A stretch of DNA of 53,849 nucleotides, the filler included, from Bipalium vagum (lineage: Eukaryota), in the NCBI GenBank assembly GCA_037834085.1. It is 3 parts of 3 records of this genome, joined end to end, with 100 filler letters (N's around TTAATTAATTAA, not from the genome) between each part and the next. Parts side by side here need not be neighbours in the genome. Positions count along the whole stretch, not along the records: positions 1 to 21,006 come from JBBMKC010243161.1; 2 more parts are not named here. One strand, given 5' to 3'. This document shows positions 1 to 12,700 of this stretch, in pieces. The position numbers and the translations under genes are program-made. Below the pieces are notes generated by a model. The model did no database searches, was not told the DNA's origin, and saw nothing but the letters and a program-made list of their open reading frames with translations. Every line of letters starts with the position of its first letter. Within the stretch, counting starts at the first letter, position 1.

Positions 1-676
1 ATTATTGGATAAAGATATTCTTTGCATCTTTGCTTCCATACAATCACCTAGAATCAACTTTACCATCTTTAACATGCGGGGTTTTATCAGAGATTCTCCA
101 ATCGTATGAGGTTTTTTATGCTTTTAATACTCAATGCGATTTCATATGATGCCTGCAGTATTGATGATTTTTCTTGATTAAATGTTCCTGTTTGGTCTAT
201 TCTTTCTTGTTTACAATAATTCTCATATCTGCGGAAAAAATTGACATCCTTTTTAGAGTGCTCCAGATGTTTCGCTTGTAAATGTCTTAAAGATTTTGAT
301 GGCTTTATAGATTCTGAACTTAGAACCACTTTACATAGAACACACCGAGGTTTTATTATTCCATTATTAGATATGGAAGTAAATCCATATTTGATATAAT
401 CTGTATCATATACACGTTTTATAGTCATAGTTTGTGTTTTCTAAATAGATATGTGATGTATTATAAAATTTTTAATTAATAAATATACTTTCATGATAAT
501 AAGCTAAAAAAATTCTGAGATATTTGAAATATTGTCTTTACAAAATGAATAATGAAACACAAACATGCAATTTTAAATAATTTAAAATTTTTAAATTTCA
601 AATGAATTTTTAGCAACTCCCGAAAAAATGCTTATCGACCCATTTGGGGTCGCGACCAACAGGTTGGGAAACCATG
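1..676 (-). mobile_element. hAT (Buster/Charlie-type) DNA transposon, 5' part with BED-finger transposase fragment
   Basis: ORF 87..428(-) has YDxDYIKYGF...PRCVLC...SIKPSKSLRHLQAKH, typical of the Buster/ZBED8-type N-terminus. The minus-strand terminus CATGGTTTCCCAACCTGTTGGTCGCGACCCC ends at 676 and resembles Charlie/Buster TIRs. The frame is broken downstream. Confidence 0.85.
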
Positions 677-684
677 TTTAAAGG

Positions 685-711
685 TAACCTAAACTTTTGC
701 ACACCACTGTA
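685..711. mobile_element. Tc1-like terminal inverted repeat (isolated end)
   Basis: CTAAACTTTTGCACACCACTG followed by TA. Its reverse complement TA-CAGTGGTGTGCAAAAGTTTAG matches the Tc1-type CAGTG terminus. Confidence 0.65.
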
Positions 712-1216
712 CAATAAAAAGTGAAAAGTATATGAAATCCAATAGTTAAAATTAATCCGAACTCTAAAGATGATTACTGTATATATTTTATTTCTCAGAT
801 ATCTGTTTAATCAACCGTGTTGAATTTAAAAATGATTTCTCTTTTCTCTCCATTTCAAATAATGCATTCCGCTCTAAATTAGAGTACCAACCACTTAAAA
901 ATTGGCAGTCTTTTTTATCACAGTTTGATAAATAAAATTGTCAATTTTGCAGAATACTTTTGCGGCATCTTTGAACTGTGACATTCAATTAATAAGCAAT
1001 AGATCTTTCACAATTTATACTTTTTCTTACAATTACGTATAATTTTCTTAAAACTTTTAAATTAAATTTTTAATATATTCAAATATTTATAACTTCTCAT
1101 AATAAATGATATATTTATTCTTATTAGTTCAAAAAACTTAATTCTCAATTTCAGATAATCAGGTTTCAAGTGGTTCTTTATAAGTTTAGTCACAAATGGA
1201 TGTTAATTAAAAATAA

Positions 1217-1760
1217 CACTGGTCTGCATTTGAAAACTTTTTTTATACGGTTTGAACTTTTTAAGCAGATTCTAAAAGGAAATTTTGCGCTGATTTCAAA
1301 TCAGTAACTCGTTTGTCTCAATCACGTCTAGTTTTTATGATACAAAAATTTGAAATGTTTATATATTATTACATAAAAGCACTACGATTATATTTACAAT
1401 ACTGTTTATAATTGTCAAAAAATCTGCAAAGTAACAATAATAATTTATTATAGATTACACAGTGGAAGAAAGGGCTTCAACAACGACTTTCGATTGTATT
1501 GTGCAGCAGAATCATATGGTTTGAGGCACCAACAATAGTCGGCAAGTATGTTCACATCCCAGTGGCCCTGATACCTTTCTTCCATAACACTAATGTCTTG
1601 ATGAAATCGCTTGCTTTGTTCTTCGCTTATGTCACCACAGTTGTCAAGAAAGTAGTCCAAATGTGAGTTGAGGAAATGTATCTTTACAGACATACGTGCA
1701 CCAAGAACCTTGAAACTCTGAAGGAGCTCTTCCACAATATACTCATAGTCTGATGGTTTC
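1217..1760 (-). mobile_element. 3' fragment of a DNA transposon, probably Chapaev3 (CMC group)
   Basis: ORF 1448..1735(-) has MSVKIHFLNSHLDYF...SEEQSKRFHQDI...RYQGHW...LADYCW, a widespread transposase C-terminal motif. A CAC terminus at 1217 is preceded by TAA. The family name is from recall, not a search. Confidence 0.6.
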
Positions 1761-1939
1761 CTAGGATTTAAGATTTTTAATTTTTAACTTCTAATAATTT
1801 TGATTTTGTTTATGGTTTAACTTTTTTTAGTTTTCGCTTACTTTTAAATTATTAATATATAATATTAAAATTTGTTTTTCTTTACTTTTTAAATTTATGA
1901 TTTACTTTACTTTTTAAATTTGCTTTAGAATTACCAATA

Positions 1940-3508
1940 ATGAATTAAAAGACAAACTTGACTCTTAAAGAGAAATATGAAATTTCATGTCAGTTGGATG
2001 CCGGTGTTAAGAAAACTGAGCTAACAAGAAAGCATAAGGTCCATCCTTCTATAGTTTCATCAGTAAAAAATAACAGAGAAAGAATTTGTGATGCTACTTC
2101 AACTCGACCATTAAACACCAAGAAAGTTAAAAATACCCCTTTTGAAAGAAAAAATTCCGAATTACTGAACTGGTTTAAACTTCAAAGAATGAATAATGTT
2201 CCAATTTCTTCACAAATACTTCTTGAAAAAGCAGCTCAATTAACTGAAAGATTGGAAATTAAAGATTTCAATTGTAACGTAAGTTGGATTGAACGTTTTA
2301 GAAAATGCCATTGAATTACATATGGTATTGTCTCTGGTGAATCTAAAGTAGTGGATCAGTTGGTTGTTCATATTGGTTAATTGATCAATGGCCTCAACTA
2401 AGATTGGGATATGAAAATAGAAATGAATTTAATGGGGATGAGACTGGTCTTTTCTTTAAAATGTTATCTAATAAAACTGAGACTTAAAGGAGACAAATGC
2501 AGTGTTGGTAAAATATTAAAAGAAAGATTAAGTTTTTCTTTGTGATAGTATTACTGTTGAAAAGAGGCAAATGCTCCTATCATTATTGGAAAATATTTAA
2601 AACTGAGATGTTTCAAAAATAAAATGCTTGGATGACACCCGAAATTTTCAAAAAGGAATTAATGAAATAGGATACAAGGTTTAGAAATGCTTAGAGAAAA
2701 ATTTTACTGCTCGTTGATAATTGCTCAGCTCATCCGAATATCAATAATATTTTAGCAAACGTAAAAATGGTATTCTTGCCACCAAATACAGCAAGTGCGT
2801 TGCAACCTATGAATTCAAGAATAATAAAAAATTTTCAAGTGAATTACCCGAAAAAGTTTGGTTGTTCAGTTAATACACTGTATTGACAAAAATCAAAAAT
2901 ACAATATTAATATTTTTGATGCATTTCAAATGACATCGGATGCTTGGGAAAGAATATCCTCAGGAAAAATTTATAATTGCTTTCATCATTCAATTTTATC
3001 GCACTAAGTAGACTTCTAAAGATGTCAATGCCTTAATTGAGAACAAAATTAAAGATGAATCTAATGTTGTTGCCTAATTTTTTGAATCAAGACGAGATTT
3101 AGGGGATTATTTAGTTATTGACAATGGTTTGGAAGTAATGGGGATTGAATTAGAAACTGAAAATATTCTTGGTTCATCCGAAATTGCTGTATTAGAATCA
3201 TTGATTAAAACGTATGAAATTGAAATGGGTGATGTTTCAAAAGCTTTAAAAATAGTTAAGGAATACTATTTTTACAGAAAATTACAACGAAGTTATTTAT
3301 ATCAACTTACTTAACGTTGCGAATGATCTCAGAGATAGACTTATCAAGAAAAAATTGATCCAGAGAAAAATTACGGAATATTTAAACTTGAAATAAATTT
3401 AATTATAACATCGTATTTTATTAGTGTTTTATTTTAATGATTATATCGCTTAAACAGAATAAACTTTTGTAGTCCCATTTTTGTTCTGTTTAAGCAGGTT
3501 ATACTGTA
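1940..3508 (+). mobile_element. pogo/Tigger-like transposon with a decayed CENP-B HTH + DDE transposase
   Basis: HTH ORF at 1958..2314 (WF...VPIS...L.EKA...SWIERFRK). Broken frames then give FNGDETGLFF and KILLLVDNCSAHP...FLPPNTASALQPM. The right TIR ...TTAAGCAGGTTATACTG-TA ends at 3508. No left TIR was found. Confidence 0.9.
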
Positions 3509-3782
3509 ATATATCTAATAATCTAAGATCAAAATGAGATGATTTTATGGAAACTGAACTATACTTCGTTATCCCTAAAATAGTATACGACCATTATTAA
3601 TAAAATTAAACAAACAATTTGTAATAATATCTGAAAACGCTACTTTATGTTTTTTCTTATAACGATAAAGACATGAATAAATGGAATCAAAGTTTGCAAT
3701 TAAAAATATGCAGATGAATATATAATGGAATTTGATTTTATTGATATTATTATTGGATTATTATTATGGTAAAGATTAATTA

Positions 3783-6700
3783 ATGCTTGCTTGTTGTATC
3801 AAACACGTCAATACCAGTGAATCCGAGGTATCTTCTAGATATTTTATTTTTAACCCTTTAAACTAAAATAGATTTATCCGAAATCTCAGAGAGAAATATG
3901 GTTGGGAAAATTGGATTTTTTCGTCAGTGTGATGGGCTTCAACATTGGCTTAGGAAATTTGCTTAGGTTTCCATACTTGTGCATGAGGAATGGGGGAGGT
4001 ATCATAGTTTTATAGTTTTGGATAAAATTTCTACAATAATTCTAAATTTTGTCTTTAGAACATTATTTGAGAATCTTTTTCAACAGAATTTAAAAATTTG
4101 TATAAGATAATGTTTTTTGTTTGGGCAACAGATTTAGCTAGAATATTCAAACAACTTTTTCAAGGTTTATCACTTTTTCCAACGTTAAATTCAACTTTAT
4201 TTTCTCATGTCTCTCAAAAATTACATTTAAATTATATTTCTTTATCTTTCTTCCTTTAGTTACAATTTAATATTCTCTGTACTACAGGGTTTTATTTCCT
4301 TAATTATAAATGAAATTTAATAAGATAAATTTGAAAGTAATTATTTTTTCTTTAAAAATGAAGAAAATAGATAAATATTGAGTATTAAACAAAAGTGAAA
4401 TATTGCAACATGATTAATTCCACTAAATTCGTTTAGTATTTTTTGGTGAATAAATAATTATGGACTGAAATCAACAAAATAGTGTCTCATATATAATAAA
4501 AGACATGAATCCACCAATCTGTCCGTAGTTGAGTACCATAAAAAATATTGAACAATAAGAAAAAGAAAATCCTAAAAACAAAAGGTAATGTAAAAAGGGT
4601 AAAGGATTTTCGCCGCAAATCGAAAATGGTGGCAGATACATTAACGGAAGATGATGTGCAACTATTTGAAACTATGTGAATTACTATTTTATTAAACTTG
4701 TTTTATAACCACAGCTTCAAAAACATTGTATGTAGAGTGAAAGTTTTTTTTATCAAATTCCAGTTTTTGCTTTAGCATTTGTCACAGGATTGCATTTTAG
4801 TAAAATAAACGTTTAAACAAAAAATATACTTATTCGTTTAACAAAAGTTTTAATATTGATTTGATTTTAATTTTTAGGAGCTTTCTTATTACCTTATACC
4901 TTATTTTTATTCATAATCGGAATTCCCATGTTTTTAATGGAAATGTCGTTGGGTCAATATTCTGGGCTCACCCCAATAGAATTTTACGGAAACATTTCTC
5001 CAGTCTTTAAAGGTATTATTGAAAATGGATTTTTAACTTGCTAATTATTTATAAATTATTATCCAAATATACTTTAAAAAATTTGGACTTACATAAAAAT
5101 ATTAATAAAATTTAGAAACAAAATTTGATATAATCGAAAACATATCAGAAATAATTGTAAAATTATAAATATAAGTATAAATAAATACTATACACTTATA
5201 TAAATTTAATATCAGATAATCTTTCCTTAAACTGTTAAAAAATCACCAGTCATTTTTAAAATATGAATAAAAAGTAATCTATTTTTTAAAATATGCTTGG
5301 CAAATATTCAGGAGAAAAATATTAAAATGAACAAGTTTAAAAAATGAAGGATAAAAACAAAATAGAATTTATCAAGAGAAATTTAAAGAAAATGAATGAA
5401 TTTTCATTTTCATTAGAATAAAATTTTTTTAATCTACGTTATTTTAAATATTTTATAAAAAAATAAAGTTTTTTAAAATCATATTTTCATTTTATTATTT
5501 ATAAATATAATTTTTTAAGAAATCAATTAGTTCTCAACCTAAAACGATATAAAATAAAACATTACAAGGAAATTAAAAATTTTGTTTAAATTGAAGAGAT
5601 AGCGATAGTGATTTTGAATGAAATTTTGTAAAGAGGAAAACTCAATGTTCCAAATTCAGTAATATTATTTGGTTGGAAATGACAAAATACAGTTAAAAAA
5701 TACTTATGTGAAACTGAATTCTTAAATGATTAACAGTTTTCCCAATTTGATTAAATACATTTAAATATTGTTGAAAATATTTTATTAAAATTAGTGGGGT
5801 TTGAGAATTTGAAGAACCCTTTTTCGTATTAATCCTTAAAAAAGCATTATGAAACAATATACTTCAGGATTTACAGATGGAGATGAAAGAAGTTACATCT
5901 TTGTGCAAATTAATTGAAACATACATACAATCTCACATACAAACACATTAGTATTGGATATAATCTCTATTTCTAAGCAATAGTTGAACACGGGAGCTAG
6001 TTTTGAACAGTCACTGATAATTTTCGAACTCTTGTACCATAATTGAGTCTTCGCCGAAAAAAACTTTTCCATTTTTGTACGGTTCATAGAATGAACGCGA
6101 CTTTTGCATATATACTATATATTTTTAATTGGATTAACGCCCGGGAATTTCTGAGCTAATCAAGTACCGATATGTGATTACCTACCGTGAAACTCTTCGG
6201 CATTTTCGATGTGAAACATAGAGGAAGTTGATGCTGAAAGATCCCAGAACCATCAGAATTCCTCCTCTGCATATATAGACAATTATTGACATCCATTTGA
6301 AGGAAGAATGATAAATTAAACTGGTTGATAAAGTAAGTAAAAAGCGAAACAAATGTGAATAACCAAATAGTTATTGGCTTTAGCAGAATAAAATCCTGAA
6401 ATATCGATCAAGACCTGCAAAACTTAAAATCAGAATTTCATAAAAAAGTTTATAATATAAAGATAAGTTGAAAGTTTATATTTTAAGGTAAAATAAACAA
6501 ACACAAACAAGTAAAAAGAGCACTCCCTTAATTTCAAATTATTATTTAGAGATAAGTGGTTATTTTTAGTGTAAAATAATATTTAATAACTACAAATTAT
6601 AATCTAATAAAAATTTATAAAAATAATACTATTTCGTTCCAAAAACCTTAAATTTAATTAGAATAACTTTAATGGCTTCACAGTTATTAAAATCCAATTT

Positions 6701-9700
6701 CTCTCACCCTTGAAAAGTGAGATTATCATTAACACATTATTTTCTTTCATGCACGATCTCCATCTTAAAGATTATTCTTTGAGAAGAAGTATCTGAAACC
6801 CAGGCAGAAATTTTCGTAATGATCCAATATATGTTTCTTTGTTCATTTCAACTGGTTTTGATTTCCGATTAACTTCACATTAGGACTATTTATTATTTCC
6901 TTTTATTCATTGGTTTTTATTTTATTTTATAATTTTATTGTAACTAACATGCGTTACCTTAAAGGTTTAAGTTTAAATTAACTTAGGTATTGGTTGGTGT
7001 AATATCATAGCTTGCGGAATTTATAACTTATATTATAATATGCTGATTGCTTGGATCATATTATACATTGGAAGATGCTTTAACCAGGAGCTGCCATGGA
7101 GTTCTTGTAATAATGAATGGAATACAAAATTATGTGCCAACAGTTCAATACTTGAAAATAGAACTCAACAAAGAGTTAATGTAAGTATTAATTATAATTT
7201 ATACTTTGAAAATTCCTATATATATATATAATGATTTAAGAACATGACACTATTTTTATTATTTATTGACGAGGAGAAGATTGCAAATGAAAAGAAATAC
7301 AATATATACACTATATAGTGTATATTTAAAATATTAAAAATAGCACAAATGTCGTATAATTTGTTAAAATTTTAGCATATTGATGAATGCCAACAAAATA
7401 TAGATTTTAAATCGAAATTTTAACAGGATCTTAACAAAAAATATTTTTAATTTGTAGCTAAATAATATAGAAACAATAAATACATAAAAATATTTGAGTA
7501 ATTTAAATAGGATATATATTTTTCATATTTTTGTTGTGTTCCAAAACCTTTGAACAGTAGTGTAAAATATTCATCAAAGTAGCTTCTGTGAATTTAAATA
7601 ACAGCTGCACAAATCCTTGGCAAACGATTGAGTAATTTCCGTAGAATTTCTGATTTTATCGCAAAGCATTGTATTTGTAGTATCTCCCAAAGACTCTGCT
7701 GAAAATGACTGTTGTGGCAGAAATTTTCTGTCGAAATTTATCTCACAATAATTCAATAGGATTAAGTTCTGGTGATTGAGGAGGCCATTCCATTACTCGG
7801 AGGATATTCTACTGTTCTAATTCCACCAATTATGTTGTGCATATCTTGCTGGTATATTTTGGATTCTGTCATGCATAAATATATATTTTTCTTGAAATAA
7901 CCGCCTCCCAAATGGCCTAACAATCTTTTCCAAAATATCCTTATAAGCCACATTTTTCATGGTTCCTTCTATTTTGTGCAATTGCCCAACACTTTTCCCT
8001 ACAAATCATCCACAAACACTTTCTCCTTCTGTTATTGTTAATTCCCTTATTTTGATCATTTGTCTAATAATATTTATATTTTTGTGTGGCAAATAAAAAA
8101 ATTTCGATAAATGCACTTTACTAATAAAGATACAATAATACAATAAAACAATGAAAATTTTTTAATATCAGGTAACGAACTAAGATTTTTCATTTTCAAA
8201 TTAAAAACTAAACTAAGACTGAAGTTAAATTTAATTTATTAATAATAAAACATTATTAAACAATTAATCATCAAATATTTCCCATATTTTCTATTACTGC
8301 ATCTCATCTATTTAGAAGTTTATTGATCCCAGTATTAAAGAAATCTCAATCTTTTGAATGAAAAAAAAGTACTTCATTCTTTATAATTTCGGAACTCTTA
8401 AAATTTTTACCCATCGAGTGATTCTGTAATACCCGGAACAAATAAAAATCGGATGAGGCGATATCGGGACTTTATGGCGCATGTTCCAATAGAGTCACGT
8501 TCATTTCCTGAATAACCTTCAATGTCTTCATTGATTTGTGAGGCTTGGTATTATCCTAATGGAAAATCACTTGTTGTCAGTTTATCAAACTGTCCCGGTT
8601 TTCCTTCATAATGTCATAATAGTCATCAGAAGTAATTTATATTAACTCGGTTGTTAGGTTCTGAAGCGAGTTCGTGTTTAGAAATAAACTAATTTGTTGG
8701 TGCTCAAATTTTAAGATGCTAAAAAATTACGCTTGTGGATTACCTTCAAACATGTAAAATAACAAAATCTGATTATAGTTATTATAACCTTTGGGACCAA
8801 TTGAAATTAAAAATCTGTAAAAACGACCAGGTCTACAAAAAAAATAATTTTTCATCACATTAACGCAACTTTTCACAGAGCTCAAAAACAATAGGCAAAG
8901 TAAATGAACTAAAATATGGATTGTTGAACCATCCCACCTATTCACCTGATTAAGCAGCCTCTGACTTCTGGCTCTTTTCATACCTAAAAGCATTCCTTCC
9001 TAGAAAACAGTTTTCATCAAATGCAGATCTTCCGGAAAAACATTGCCATGATGGAATTCATAGATTGGAGTATCGTTGAATGGGAAAACTTAAACAACAA
9101 TGGACAGAGGGATCTAAAGATTTTATTAAAATAAATGTTGATTTTTTTAATGTATAAAGTTGAAGGAGATTATACTTAAAAATAAAATCATTTTTACAGC
9201 TATAAATTTGTTTTTTCATTTCTGTTCCTCGAACCTTTTGAACAATCTAATAATAAAGAAGATCAATTTCGAATTTTTGTATGATATCAATTGGGATCAA
9301 AATTAAATTTTAATACAACTTTTGGAAGGGTTTAGAGATAAGTAACTTATTTTAAGTGCTGTCAAAAAGCAAAATTAAGTGTCTATTTCATGGATCTTAT
9401 AATCTACAATTTCCAAGCATTTTTTCTCTGATGATCTTAGTTTAGTTAAAAAGTCGACAGGATATCAAAAATCTGCTGGCTGAAATCTTCAGAAATGTAT
9501 TAAATATCATTATCCAAAAACGTTAAATAAACCGTACAACTAAATAAACATTATCATGCAGATCAACATGTATTGATTTAAAATCTTTATATGGGTTACA
9601 ACTAGAAACAACATTGATATTGTTCTGGAATCAAGATAACAAGGCCAAATTCTAGTATCAGTGTCGAAAACAGGACTGCACCAAAGATGATTGTAGGAGT

Positions 9701-12700
9701 AATCACCATGAAGTAAGTTATTCATTTGGAATAGATGGAAATAAATCCAGAAATCTTCAGTGAAACCCATCGGTGATTGAACAAAGTATTAATTATCAAA
9801 CACCATATATAGATCAACAGAAACAAAATCATTCTCCATCAATGATGTATTAGATAGATTGCACAGTGCACATCCAGCACAGCACAGTCCATTATTAAGT
9901 GAATTGTTCACTGGGTGACTTAAAAACAAACATTAAATGCTCAAATTATCCACAATTTTTTGCCCAAATGTCAAAAACTATTTAAGTTTTCTCCATCTCT
10001 CATGTAATAGTAGATAGGCAGAATTTTTCCGAAATTTCTCTTCATTTTGTCTTCAATCTTTTCTCCCAATATCTTCATTCAATTGTCATTACATTTATTA
10101 TTTTACTGAGGATTTCGATAAAATTAAAAGAAAATGTGATGTAATATATTGTTAAAATATTTTATTATTTGGAATACAAAAATTAAAATTTTAATTATTT
10201 ATTTTAATTTCTGATATTTTAATTTATTTTACAAAACGAAAGGATTTTTTCGTTCACTTTAATTTTATTATTTCACAATATTCATAGTCAATTATAAATT
10301 TAAATTTAATATATTGTACAAAATGAAAATGTTTCCGAATTTTTCTCATTTTAATAATTTATAGTATTCTTCTCCGAAAACCAAGACAAAATGTATGAAT
10401 TTTCATAATTATTTATGTTATTGATACTTAAAGAATTATGACAAATAATAATTTAATAAATATTACATCTTCTTTCGGAGTTCATATCCCAATACGATGG
10501 GCAATAAATCACTTCAAATTTTATAGGGAGTTGTGAATATGATATTATAGGAATTCAATTCTTTAATAAAAAATTTTCTCTAGCATAATAAAAATGCTTT
10601 TAAGATTTTAATAAATACTTTTTTAAATTTATTAAATTATTATTTTTTATTAAATAAATTAAATTATTTATTAAAATTAAAAATTCATTTAAATAATTTT
10701 TTTTCTCTTAATTTTAAATTTAATTTTAATTAATCTAAATTTAAAAATTAAAAATAATATATTTTTTATTTAATAATATTCATTGCACATTTAAGAAAAT
10801 CAAATAAAATAATAAAAGAAAACATAAAAATTTTTAAAATTTAAATTTTTATTGAAATCACATTTAATAAAATGTATTTTAATTAACAAAAATTATTAAT
10901 TTTCACAGAAGCCAAAGAAAGCAGGAAAAATCAATTAAGAATTAGAAATATAATTATTGATCTTTTGTAGTCAGAGATTGCCCAAGATTTACTTTTAAAA
11001 ACCATTTCATAAAATTATTCGGAATGTACAATTTCAAACAACAAAAGAGATTTTTTATCCTTTTGTTTGAATTATTTCCATGTTTATATAAAAGGTACAA
11101 ATAAATAATGTCGATTTATTTAAAATAGATTTAGTGAGATATCGAAATATAATTGTGAATTTAAATATAAATCAATTTGTTGAAATAATATCTAATTAAT
11201 AGGGTAATCATTTAAATTTTCATAATATGTTAATAATTTTAAAAATTTGAGATCTAAATATGTCAACATTTATGCCAAGCAAAGAATACTTGCGGGAAGT
11301 TCTCATTTTCATTACTTCATGATGAACAAAACCGCCGCAGAAAGCTGCAGGCTATTATGCGATGTTTATGGAAAACATTTAGTATCTCAGGACACATACA
11401 AGTCATGGTTTCACCGCTTCAGAAATAATGATTTCAGTGTAAAGAATAAAGAATGCCCAGGTCACCCTTCCAAATTTGAAAATCACGATTTACAAAATTT
11501 AATGGATGAAGATGCTTTTCAATCGCAAAATCAACTTGCCGTAAGATTGGGTGTTACCCAGCAAGCAATAGGCGCGTGCTTACATGATATGCGTAAGATT
11601 TTAAAGGAAGGAAAATGGATGCCTCATCAATTGAATGAATGACAGCTAGAAAACTGAAAAGTAGTGTGTGACAACGGTACGAAAGAAAATCTTTCTTCCA
11701 TCGACTATTTCCAGGAGATGAAAAGTGGATCTATTTTGAAAATCCCAAAAGTACTAAAGCATGGGTTGACCCTTCCGATTTTCACCTGTTCCGTTCAATG
11801 GCACATGGACTTGCTGAACAGCACTTCAAATCGTACAAAGATGTCCAAATTGAGTATCTGGATGGTTGGCCTCGATACCAAAAAATTTATATTGAAATGG
11901 CATCCCTAAATTGACTGAAAGATGGAAGATATGTGAATAACAATGGTCATTATTTTGAATAAATTATTTTTTATTTTCGTTTCGAAATTACCATGCTTTG
12001 GTTATAAAAAAATCCGCATTATTTATTTGGATCCATAATATTAATTTTTTAAAAATACTTCCAAAGATATAAAATATGCACTATCCTAAATTTAAATCTT
12101 TAAATAATTAAAATAATTTAAAATGTATTAATCAAATTTATTAATTAAATTTAGGATTCTTGTCCTCAGGAAAAGTTACACAATTCTCCTGCAGAGGAAT
12201 TTTGGGAGTAAGTAGACTGAAAATAAATAATAAATAATAAAATATTAAGATACAATGTTCTTAATTTATCGCCTGGCATCGGAACTATGGGTAACGTGAA
12301 CTGGATCACATTCATTTGTTTATTATTATCATGGATATTTGTATTTCTTTGCTTAGTGAAAGGTATAAAATCTATGGGAAAAGTATGTATTGAAGAATTT
12401 TTATAAATAAATATAATTTTTTTCGTAGGTTGTTTATGTTACTGCACTCTCTCCATATATTTTAATTATCATATTACTCGTTAAAGGAGCTCTACTTGAA
12501 GGTAGTTCTGAAGGCATCAAATATTATCTTTATCCAAGAATGCAATTTTTGCTTGATCCAAGGGTATGGATGGAAGCAGGTCAACAGATATTTTGGTCTC
12601 TTGCTCCAGGATGGGGTATTACAATTAATTTAGCTTCTCATAATCGATTTCACCATAACATTTACAGGTGGAAAATATTTATTTTCTAAACATAAAATAT

